NCBI GenBank assembly: GCA_965216655.1
Contig: CBDCGP010000002.1
Location: 8,482 to 72,481 of the forward strand
Origin: Acidimicrobiales bacterium
GTDB taxonomy: Bacteria; Actinomycetota; Acidimicrobiia; Acidimicrobiales; SZUA-35
DNA length: 64,000 nucleotides
Direction: 5' to 3'
Shown here: piece by piece, positions 47,337-55,340 of the stretch
How positions within the stretch are numbered: position 1 is the stretch's first letter
Layout of the letters: every line of letters starts with the position of its first letter
The notes under the pieces: model-generated
Told to the model about the DNA's origin: nothing
Seen by the model: the letters and a program-made list of their open reading frames with translations, nothing else
The model's database searches: none
Position numbers and translations under genes: made by a program

Positions 47337-47936
47337 ATGGAAGACTTTCGGGGAGCCATTCGTCCGGCGGGATCGGACGACGAGTTGAATGCGATCTACG
47401 AGCTGCGAGCCAAGGTTTTTTTTGGTGAGGACATCCTGAAGCTGGGCCACTCGAGCCGGCTGACCGATGAACTGGATGAACATCCCAATGTCGTGAACCT
47501 GATCGTGGTTGCGAACGGATCAGGTCGCGAAGCAGAGGTGGTCGGCGGCGTGAGACTCGCGTTTCCCGCCCCCGATCTGATTCCGGCCCGCACACCATTC
47601 TTTGACTTCCAGGACCACATTCCTGGTCGTTCCACGAAAACGGCGTGCGGTTCCATGCTTTGCATTCGATCCGACTACCGACGCTCCCGGCTTGCGTCTA
47701 TGCTCGTTCGTTCGGGCATGTTTCTGAGTCGTGAGCGATCCATGAGCTACTTGTGCGCTGCCGTGCGGCCGCGGACGGTCCCATTCTTCAATCGACATGG
47801 ATGGGAGCAGGTTGCGCCACAGTTCGATCACCCGGTGGAGCTGGTCCCGGTGACGCCGATGATCATCGACCTCACCAAAGGGCCGTCATCGGAGGAATTG
47901 GCCGAAACGATAGGTGATCTACTGGCCGTCTCCTAG
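47337..47936 (+). CDS. GNAT-fold N-acyltransferase of the OlsB / N-acyl amino acid synthase / LuxI-like type
   Basis: Starts 4 nt after the upstream stop. IYELRAKVFFGE...TDELDEHPNVVNLIVV resembles the Y-x-LR-x-x-VF and D-E-x-D...(L/H)-L-x-V motifs of this subfamily. Confidence 0.5.
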   Translation: MEDFRGAIRPAGSDDELNAIYELRAKVFFGEDILKLGHSSRLTDELDEHPNVVNLIVVANGSGREAEVVGGVRLAFPAPDLIPARTPFFDFQDHIPGRSTKTACGSMLCIRSDYRRSRLASMLVRSGMFLSRERSMSYLCAAVRPRTVPFFNRHGWEQVAPQFDHPVELVPVTPMIIDLTKGPSSEELAETIGDLLAVS

Positions 47937-48022
47937 TCGCTCGGTGACATGAACTGATAGCGTCGAGCCCGGTCGCTCGGCGACCGATCGCATTTGTACT
48001 TGAAAACAACTCACCCCGGCCG

Positions 48023-49897
48023 ATGGGCTCCTTGTACCACCTACATGGAGACGTTGGCATGGTCGACAGTTCTAGCACAGAATCCGCAGATTCAGGCAGT
48101 GGTCTTGACATCCTCATCACCGAGGTCGCGACTGACCTGATGGGTGTCCCACTCGATGCAGCGGCGGCAGCAATGGATCGCGTGCTGGATCGGCTTGTGG
48201 ACTTTTTCGAGGTCGACGATACGTTCATTCGCCGCCACCGCCCCGATCGCGTTTCCGAGCTGGTCACGATCCGACCGCCACGCGATCTCATCGCCTCCCC
48301 GGAGTTGATAGCGGAAATTCCGCTCGACAGCGACCCGATCTTTCAAGCACTCGAGCACCTCACCGAGCCGTTCGTGCTGTATCCGGAGGGCTCCGATGCG
48401 ATTCAGGAGCTCGTCAAGACCAGTATCGGTGTCGATCGGTGCTCGTTTGCGTCGGTGCCGTTGATGCGGGATGAACGCACGGTCGGCATTCTCGCTCTGG
48501 TCCGGTTCACCGATCAGCGTTGGCAGGATGACGAGCTACGCACGCTCTTCGCCATTGCCACCATGATCGCCCAGTTCTGGTCGCGTCTGGACGCCGAGGA
48601 ACAACTCGCATATCGCGCCCATTACGACGAAATGACCGGTCTTCCCAATCGTCTCAAGCTCATGGACGAGGTCGCCGCCAGTTCCGATGCCGATCAGCTG
48701 TCGCTGATGAACCTCAACATCGACAACATGAAGGTGATCAACGATGGTCTGGACTTCGAACTCGGTGATCGCTTCATCGTCGGCTTGGCAAACCGCCTCA
48801 CAGAGGTCCTTCGCGACGATGCGGTCGTCGCCCGAACAAGCGGCGACCAGTTCTCGGTATTGGTGAAGAACACCCCGCCCTCCGGTGTCGAGAAGGTCGC
48901 CGCCCGATTGCTGGTCGAACTCGGTCGATCCCTCGACCTCGGCGACTTCAAGATCTCACGCTCCGTTTCCATCGGTATCGCCCACAAGCCTCCCGGCGAC
49001 ATCGAGCACGACCTGTTTGCCGAGGCCGACGCGGCCTTACATCTGGCCAAGAAACAAGGCAAGAACCGGTTCCGGGTCTTCGACAATGACATGCGCATGA
49101 GCGTTGTCAAGAAGTTCGAGCAGGAACTGGAACTGCGGCGGGCAATCGAAGCCGGCGAATTCACGCTGCACTATCAACCGGCGCTCGACCTCAAGTCGGG
49201 AACCGTTCAGGCCGTCGAGGCCCTGCTGCGCTGGAACCACCCGTCGGGCAAACTGCAAACGGCCGGTGCCTTCATCGAGACCGCCGAGGAGAGCGGCCTC
49301 GTCGTGGAGATCGGTGACTTCGTTCTCGAAGCCGCCATCGCCCAGATCGGTGAATGGCAGGATGACTATCCGGATCTGGAGATGTGGATCAACGTGTCAC
49401 CGGCCCAGCTGATGAGCCGGGATCTGGTCACCCAGGTCGAAAAGCTCCTGACCAAATATCAGGTTGAGCCGTCACGCATCTGCCTCGAGGTGACCGAGCA
49501 CGTTGTGCTCGACGACATCGAAGCGGCAACCGGCGCCCTCTATCGCCTGCGGGCCATGGGCGTTCAACTGGCACTCGACGACTTCGGCACCGGCTACTCG
49601 TCGATGAAACAATTGAAGAATCTCCCTGTCGACTGCCTGAAGATCGACATGAGCTTCGTCGCCGGACTGGGGAAGTCCGACCATGACGCCGCCATCGTCG
49701 ACGCCGCCATCACGCTGGCCGGTGCATTCGGGTTGAGCACCGTGGCCGAGGGCGTCGAGACCGACGAACAGGTCTGCGAGCTGCTCAGCCGGGGTTGTAG
49801 CCAGGCCCAGGGATTCCTGCTGGCAAGGCCCCAGAGCCCGGAGGACGTCGAGATGATCCTTCAGGCGGAGCCCACGCCTCACAGCATTCGCATCTGA
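48023..49897 (+). CDS. GAF-like sensor / degenerate GGDEF / EAL c-di-GMP phosphodiesterase
   Basis: YDEMTGLPNR, with SGDQF in place of GG(D/E)EF. The EAL set is complete: EALLRW, EVTE, DDFGTGYSS, KIDMSF, EGVET. Confidence 0.85.
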   Translation: MGSLYHLHGDVGMVDSSSTESADSGSGLDILITEVATDLMGVPLDAAAAAMDRVLDRLVDFFEVDDTFIRRHRPDRVSELVTIRPPRDLIASPELIAEIPLDSDPIFQALEHLTEPFVLYPEGSDAIQELVKTSIGVDRCSFASVPLMRDERTVGILALVRFTDQRWQDDELRTLFAIATMIAQFWSRLDAEEQLAYRAHYDEMTGLPNRLKLMDEVAASSDADQLSLMNLNIDNMKVINDGLDFELGDRFIVGLANRLTEVLRDDAVVARTSGDQFSVLVKNTPPSGVEKVAARLLVELGRSLDLGDFKISRSVSIGIAHKPPGDIEHDLFAEADAALHLAKKQGKNRFRVFDNDMRMSVVKKFEQELELRRAIEAGEFTLHYQPALDLKSGTVQAVEALLRWNHPSGKLQTAGAFIETAEESGLVVEIGDFVLEAAIAQIGEWQDDYPDLEMWINVSPAQLMSRDLVTQVEKLLTKYQVEPSRICLEVTEHVVLDDIEAATGALYRLRAMGVQLALDDFGTGYSSMKQLKNLPVDCLKIDMSFVAGLGKSDHDAAIVDAAITLAGAFGLSTVAEGVETDEQVCELLSRGCSQAQGFLLARPQSPEDVEMILQAEPTPHSIRI

Positions 49898-49909
49898 TCA
49901 GCCGAACGC

Positions 49910-50851
49910 TCAGTCGAGCAGGCCGGTGATGATGAACTCGGCTCGCCGCTGAAGTGCGGCCGTCTGCTCGTCGTCGCCTTCCGACGCCAACTCCTCGCCC
50001 CGGGGGTCGGCGACCAGCTGGTCCGGGTTGACCCCCTGCGAAACCCAGTAGTCGATCACGGCCTGAGCGCGCCTGCGGGCAACGTCGAGGTTGACCTCCT
50101 CCGAGCCGACGGCGTCGGTGCGGGTCACGACCGTGAGGGTGGCCTGGGGATTCTGGCTCAACAGCAGGGTGCCGAGGTCGAGTAGAGGGATGAACGGCGG
50201 ATCGATCTCGACGGAATTGAAGCGGAACAACACGACGTCCTCCACGAACAACGGTGTGCTCTCGCCCGGATCGATGACGACCGTCGGATCGATCTCGTAT
50301 TCGGCGACGACGTTGTCGGGGCCGACGACCGACTTGGCCTTCTCCACGATCAGATCGGCGACCTCCTGGCTCGGAACCTTGCCACCGAGGTACAGAACAC
50401 CGCCCCGAAACACAGCGGTTCGGCCCGAGTCGTCGCCGTCGGTGATCGTGGACGAAGCACTCTCGGCCCCGTCGGAATCATCACCGGTGCCGGCGCTGTC
50501 GGTATCGACGTCCAGTGCGGCGGCCTCCTCGCCGTCGTCGCCGTCGGTGGCATCGGAGCCGTCGGCCGTCGTCTCGACGCCGTCCTCGGCCGCCGCCTCG
50601 GAGTCGAGATCCCCGGCCTGCGCCCCGTCGTCGGATGCCGTCGGTGCGCCCGGGTCGGTGGCCGCGGTCTCATCGGCCTGGTTCTGGGCGATCAGATAGC
50701 CGATCAGGCCCATGCCGGCGAGGGCCAGAAGACCGAACAGGGCGAACATGGCCGTGCGGCTTCGAGACGGACGCGACGACGGTTCGGCTGCGAGGGCGGC
50801 GCGTGGCTGTTGATCGGCACTCCAGCTGGGAAGATCGTCGTGCTCGCTCAT
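49910..50851 (-). CDS. OmpA/MotB-type peptidoglycan-binding protein with an N-terminal TM anchor and acidic linker
   Basis: C-terminal TRTDAVGSEEVNLDVARRRAQAVIDYWVSQGV...RRAEFII. Start at MSEHDD behind GGAGG. Confidence 0.75.
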   Translation of the reverse strand: MSEHDDLPSWSADQQPRAALAAEPSSRPSRSRTAMFALFGLLALAGMGLIGYLIAQNQADETAATDPGAPTASDDGAQAGDLDSEAAAEDGVETTADGSDATDGDDGEEAAALDVDTDSAGTGDDSDGAESASSTITDGDDSGRTAVFRGGVLYLGGKVPSQEVADLIVEKAKSVVGPDNVVAEYEIDPTVVIDPGESTPLFVEDVVLFRFNSVEIDPPFIPLLDLGTLLLSQNPQATLTVVTRTDAVGSEEVNLDVARRRAQAVIDYWVSQGVNPDQLVADPRGEELASEGDDEQTAALQRRAEFIITGLLD

Positions 50852-51059
50852 TGAAATTGCCTCCACCCGGTCGGCGCCGAACGCCGATCCGGCCGTACGT
50901 GAATCGGACCGATCGAGTGGCCGGCACCGGGTCGGACGCCAAGTACCGACTGCGGATCCCGCCACGTCGGGTCAGCATATCTTGCCGCTGCTGGAGGGAG
51001 AAGCAACAAAGGTGCACAGCGGGACGCGAAGGGCCTGGGCCGAATGGCCCGAACGCCGC

Positions 51060-51320
51060 TCAGTCCTCGGAGACCACCCTGCTCGCCTTCAGCGTGGCGA
51101 TGATGTCTTCAAGAAGGAAATGGAACTTTCGGGACCCCGGGAGGCGGCTCGCCGGCAGACGGCCGTCGCCGGCCATGTTCAGAACCGTGCGCGGATTGAG
51201 ATCCAGCAACTCGGCCACCTGAGCGGTGTTCAGGATGGGTGGGTAGTTGCGGCGCACGCTTTCGAATCCGTCGGCGTTGGCGTCATCCGGACCAGAGCCG
51301 GTGGGAGCGTCCTTGCTCAT
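51060..51320 (-). CDS. excisionase-family (HTH_17) DNA-binding protein
   Basis: ILNTAQVAELLDLNPRTVLNMAGDGRLPASRLPGSRKFHFLLEDI. Confidence 0.6.
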   Translation of the reverse strand: MSKDAPTGSGPDDANADGFESVRRNYPPILNTAQVAELLDLNPRTVLNMAGDGRLPASRLPGSRKFHFLLEDIIATLKASRVVSED

Positions 51321-51463
51321 GTGCTCCAAGGTAACAGGAAACACAAGAACATGCGCCGGTCGAATGCAGACTTCGGTAGATTCCGGTAGACGATGCTCAA
51401 CATCGTGGCTGTCGACGATGCCCAACGCCGAGCGTGAGGCGGATTCAGGGCTATCGTTGGCCC

Positions 51464-51985
51464 ATGGTCGACGCCGTACGTGACAGTTCGCACCGTGACT
51501 GGGTCGAAGCGATCATCGAGATTCCCAAGGGATCGCGAAACAAGTACGAGATCGACCACGACACCGGTGAGCTGTGGCTCGACCGCCACCTGTTCACGGC
51601 AACGTCATACCCGGCCGACTACGGATTCGTGCCCCACACCCTGGCCGAGGACGGCGATCCGCTCGACATCCTCGTGCTGTTGAACGAGCCGACGGTTCCC
51701 GGATGTCACATCCGGGCTCGGCCCGTCGGCGTGTTCTGGATGGTCGACGAGGCCGGGCCCGACGCGAAGATTCTGGCGGTTCCAGCCACCGATCCCCGCT
51801 GGGATCACGTCGGAGACCTCTCCGACGCGTCGCCCCACCTCATCGCCGAGATCGGCCACTTCTTCGAGATCTACAAGGATCTCGAGCCGGCGAAGACGAC
51901 CGACGTCAGGAACTGGGGTGGCAGCGAGTCCGCCTGGCAGGAGATCCGAGCCGCATTCGACCGCTACGAACCCGGCGACCAGTGA
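51464..51985 (+). CDS. ppa: inorganic pyrophosphatase
   Basis: IEIPKGSRNKYEID, YPADYGFVP, EDGDPLDILVL. Confidence 0.9.
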   Translation: MVDAVRDSSHRDWVEAIIEIPKGSRNKYEIDHDTGELWLDRHLFTATSYPADYGFVPHTLAEDGDPLDILVLLNEPTVPGCHIRARPVGVFWMVDEAGPDAKILAVPATDPRWDHVGDLSDASPHLIAEIGHFFEIYKDLEPAKTTDVRNWGGSESAWQEIRAAFDRYEPGDQ

Positions 51986-51986
51986 T

Positions 51987-52036
51987 GTCGTTCACGGGTG
52001 AGAACGACCGCTTTTGACCGTTTTCACCCGCGAATG
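51987..52036 (+). repeat. 50-nt interspersed palindromic element, copy C
   Basis: GTCGTTCACGGGTGAGAACGACCGCTTTTGACCGTTTTCACCCGCGAATG, starting 1 nt after the ppa stop. Confidence 0.8.
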
Positions 52037-52065
52037 ACGTCGTATTTTGGCCATGGCCGACGCCG

Positions 52066-52866
52066 TCAGACCAGGGGCCACGGCCAGCGCCGACCACCGG
52101 TGTCGTCGTCGGGATAACACCCGCTCTCGAGAAGTGCGGCGGCCCGGGCGACGACGGCGTCGATCTCGAACCCGTCGAGCAGAGAACACACGTCGGCCGG
52201 CACCCCGTCGGACACCAGTTTCCCGAGGCCGGCGGTCACGTTGGCCGGAAGCGGCTCCCCGATGTAATCCCACATCACGGTGCGGAGCTTGAACTGGGCG
52301 TGGAACGACAGGCCGTGATCGATCCCGTACACCCGCCCATCGGAACCGAGCAGGCAGTGGCCCGACTTCCGGTCCGTGTTGTTGGCCACGATGTCGAGGG
52401 CACACAACGTCAGGAGGTCCTCGGTACCCATGCCGTCCTCGTGGAGCGAGAAGTAGTGGTGGCGGAAATCGGCGTTCACGAACGCCTGAACCGATCCCTC
52501 GCCGAACGGTCCCTCGGCGATGGTGGTCGGCGGGATCACATCCCAACCCACGTACTCGGCCAGCCGGTACATCGCCACCTCCCGCCGGTAGAGGCCCCGC
52601 GGAAAATCCCATAGCGGCCGCTCACCGGAACCCGGCTTGTAGATGGCGCGATGGCTCCGGCCGCCGCCGTCCGAATCCTGCACGACCACAAGCAGCGTGG
52701 CGTTGGAGCTGTCGGCCATTCGCCCCTCGATCTCGAACTCACCGGTCTGGAACAGGTCGATGAGTTCATCGGCCTCCAGCCCGAAGGCCGGGCCCGGAGG
52801 AGGCGTCGGATCGATCTCATCCGGTGACGGGTTCGGAGGCAGGGGTTCCGCGGGACTGTCGGGCAT
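52066..52866 (-). CDS. SCO1664-family protein (PI3/PI4-kinase-like fold)
   Basis: AIYKPGSGERPLWDFP...REVAMYRL...NNTDRKSGHCLL...IDHGLSF. Start at MPDSPAEP; the upstream ORF part is Arg/Gly-rich. Confidence 0.7.
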   Translation of the reverse strand: MPDSPAEPLPPNPSPDEIDPTPPPGPAFGLEADELIDLFQTGEFEIEGRMADSSNATLLVVVQDSDGGGRSHRAIYKPGSGERPLWDFPRGLYRREVAMYRLAEYVGWDVIPPTTIAEGPFGEGSVQAFVNADFRHHYFSLHEDGMGTEDLLTLCALDIVANNTDRKSGHCLLGSDGRVYGIDHGLSFHAQFKLRTVMWDYIGEPLPANVTAGLGKLVSDGVPADVCSLLDGFEIDAVVARAAALLESGCYPDDDTGGRRWPWPLV

Positions 52867-52880
52867 CGGGTGCGGGGCGT

Positions 52881-53408
52881 TCAGTTGAGCCGGGGGCAGG
52901 CATGGCCCTCGGGATCGAGCGGCTGACCGCACAGCGAGCACGGCGGGCGGCCCGCCGCCATCAGTTCCTCGGAGGAGACGATGAACGTGGCGGCCAGATC
53001 CACCGACACGTGGGCCCGGACCTGCGACCCGGACTCGTCCCAGCCGAACTGCTCCTGCAACTCGATTTCGAACTCGTCCTCGCCGTCGGATTCGGGGATC
53101 AGCTCGTCGATGACCAGCACCACCTTGGCCTCGGATTCGTCGACCCCCACGGCGATCTGGCCGACCACCCAATCGGGTTCGTCGGGGGTCAGGAACTCGT
53201 TGGCTCCGGGCTGACGGGTGGGGGAGGGGAGATCGTCGAGCACGGTTCTGAGAAACTGTGCCAGCGCTCGGACCTGTTGCTTCTCGAGCTTCAGCGTTAT
53301 CGTGTCGACCTCGTCGCCGATCTGGAGATAGAAGACCCGGCTTCCCGGCTCACCGACGGTTCCGGGGATGAACCGGGTCGTGTTGCGAAACTCGTGGGAA
53401 TCGGCCAT
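52881..53408 (-). CDS. DUF3090 family protein
   Basis: FIPGTVGEPGSRVFYLQ... and the C-terminal CSLCGQPLDPEGHACPR zinc-ribbon-like motif. Confidence 0.7.
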   Translation of the reverse strand: MADSHEFRNTTRFIPGTVGEPGSRVFYLQIGDEVDTITLKLEKQQVRALAQFLRTVLDDLPSPTRQPGANEFLTPDEPDWVVGQIAVGVDESEAKVVLVIDELIPESDGEDEFEIELQEQFGWDESGSQVRAHVSVDLAATFIVSSEELMAAGRPPCSLCGQPLDPEGHACPRLN

Positions 53409-53427
53409 GACCTACCGCAACACCGAC

Positions 53428-54111
53428 CTAGCTCGGAACCAGCGTCTTGAGGTCTTCACCCATCGAATTGACCGACAGGACCATCGGACCGCCTTGGCCG
53501 TAGACGATGGCCGAGATCGAGCACGGACCGACGACGATGCGCTGGAAGAGATCGAGATGGGTTCCCATGGCGTGGGCGACGGCCGCTTTGATGGTGTCGG
53601 CGTGGGAGACGGCGACGATCGTCTCACCCGGATGGCGGGCCACCAGGGTCTGGATCGTTCCGCAGATCCGCTGCTGCATCTCGGCGAACGACTCGCCGTC
53701 CGGGAAGCGGAAGCCGCTCGGATAGCGCTGAACCTGCTGCCACTCGGGCAGCTTGTTGAGCTCCGACAGTTTCCGCCCGGTCCAGGACCCGAAGTCGGCT
53801 TCGACGAGGCCCTTGTTGGACCGGATTCGGAGCCCGAGGGCTGATGCGATCGGAGCCGCCGTCTCCTGGGTCCGCTCCATCGGCGACGCATAGACGGCGG
53901 TGACCCGGCTCTTCGGGCGACGTTTGTGATGCGCCTTGCCCCGGAAGGCGAGGTCGGCGATTCGGGTGGCTGCAGCCTCGGCCTGTGCTCGCCCCTCGTC
54001 GCCCAGGTGGAGGCCGGGAGCTCGACCGGGGAGGACCTGGCCGGTCGTCGGCGTGCGCCCATGGCGGACCAGTAGGACCAGTGTCGGTTTCTTTGACGAC
54101 CTGCGTGCCAT
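53428..54111 (-). CDS. histidine phosphatase family protein (phosphoglycerate-mutase-like, MSMEG_4193-type)
   Basis: LVLLVRHGRT catalytic RHG motif and a later VSHAD. Confidence 0.8.
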   Translation of the reverse strand: MARRSSKKPTLVLLVRHGRTPTTGQVLPGRAPGLHLGDEGRAQAEAAATRIADLAFRGKAHHKRRPKSRVTAVYASPMERTQETAAPIASALGLRIRSNKGLVEADFGSWTGRKLSELNKLPEWQQVQRYPSGFRFPDGESFAEMQQRICGTIQTLVARHPGETIVAVSHADTIKAAVAHAMGTHLDLFQRIVVGPCSISAIVYGQGGPMVLSVNSMGEDLKTLVPS

Positions 54112-54184
54112 TACTGGAAACCCTATCGGAGCGGCCTACCATGTCCGGCATTCACGGCCGCAGCCCCAACGACCCGACACCGCG

Positions 54185-54880
54185 ATGACCGCTGACGATC
54201 CCGACGATCCCGACGACTTCGATCGCATCGGTCGTGACGTCGCCGCGTGCCGATCATGCCCCCGTCTCGTCGAGTGGCGGGAACAGGTGGCCCGGGAGAA
54301 GCGGGCCGCCTACGCCGACTGGGACTATTGGGGGCGGGGTGTGCCGGCGTTCGGCGACCCGAAGGCCGCCATCATGGTCGTCGGCCTGGCCCCGGCCGCC
54401 CACGGTGCCAACCGTACCGGGCGGATGTTCACCGGCGACCGTTCGGGCGACTGGCTGTATCGGGCCATGTTCAGGGCCGGGCTGGCCAACCAGCCGACGA
54501 GCGTCGACCGCGACGACGGGCTCGAACTGACCGGCGCGGTCGTCACCTCCCCGGTCAAGTGCGCGCCGCCGGCCAACAAACCGACGACGGCCGAACGAGA
54601 CGAATGCAAACCCTTCTTCGAGCGTGAGCTCGATGCGGTGGATCCGAAGGTCTTCGTCGTGCTCGGCGGTTTCGGATTCCAGGCACTGTGCCGGCATCTC
54701 GACGTGCGTCCCCGGCCGAAGTTCGGCCACGGCGTCGAGGTCGAACTCGACGACGGTCGCCACATCGTCTGCAGCTATCACGTCAGCCAGCAGAACACAT
54801 TCACCGGGCGGCTCACCGAGGAGATGCTCGACGCCGTGTTCGCCCGGGCCGTGGAATTGGCCGGCGGGGTGCCACGATGA
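54185..54880 (+). CDS. uracil-DNA glycosylase, family 5 (UdgB-like)
   Basis: CRSCPRL Fe-S Cys, GLAPAAHGANRTGRMFTGD, and a C-terminal SYHVSQQN. Confidence 0.75.
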   Translation: MTADDPDDPDDFDRIGRDVAACRSCPRLVEWREQVAREKRAAYADWDYWGRGVPAFGDPKAAIMVVGLAPAAHGANRTGRMFTGDRSGDWLYRAMFRAGLANQPTSVDRDDGLELTGAVVTSPVKCAPPANKPTTAERDECKPFFERELDAVDPKVFVVLGGFGFQALCRHLDVRPRPKFGHGVEVELDDGRHIVCSYHVSQQNTFTGRLTEEMLDAVFARAVELAGGVPR

Positions 54881-54907
54881 TCGTGGGTCGGTGACCGAAC
54901 GCGTATC

Positions 54908-55285
54908 GTGGACCGGGTGACGTTCGGACGCCCCCGCGGCGCGGCAATCGCCTCGATCATCTGTCTCCTGCTGATCGGCTCCGCGTGCTCGGAGGAGGTT
55001 CCGACGAACTACACGGCGGCCCATCGCGAAGCGTTCCTGGCGGCGTGCAGCCGGCCGCTCGACGATCCGAGGTTGTTGAGCGACGTGTGTGGTTGCGTGT
55101 ACGACCGCATAGAGGACGAGGTCCCGTTCGACGAGTTCCAGCAGATGAGCGAGCGGCTGGCCGGCGCCGCTGCGTCGTCGACGTCCACGACGGTGGCCAC
55201 CGCCTCATCGGCGGTCGTCGATCCGCTGCCGGACGACATCGCCCATCTGGTGGCCGACTGCTTCGAGACCGAAGCCGACCTGTAG
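54908..55285 (+). CDS. hypothetical lipoprotein
   Basis: Lipobox LLIGSACSEE, GTG start, 125 aa. Confidence 0.5.
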   Translation: MDRVTFGRPRGAAIASIICLLLIGSACSEEVPTNYTAAHREAFLAACSRPLDDPRLLSDVCGCVYDRIEDEVPFDEFQQMSERLAGAAASSTSTTVATASSAVVDPLPDDIAHLVADCFETEADL

Positions 55286-55340
55286 CCTGCGCAACCGGCG
55301 ACAGTTCCTCGCCGGAACCCGACTTCCGCTAGCTTGGTCC

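Noticed and set aside
51060-51320. Excisionase-type HTH gene as a marker of a prophage or integrative element
   Set aside because: No integrase, tRNA, att-like repeats or phage genes lie nearby, and the neighbours are ppa and an OmpA-like gene. This is more likely a stand-alone small regulator.
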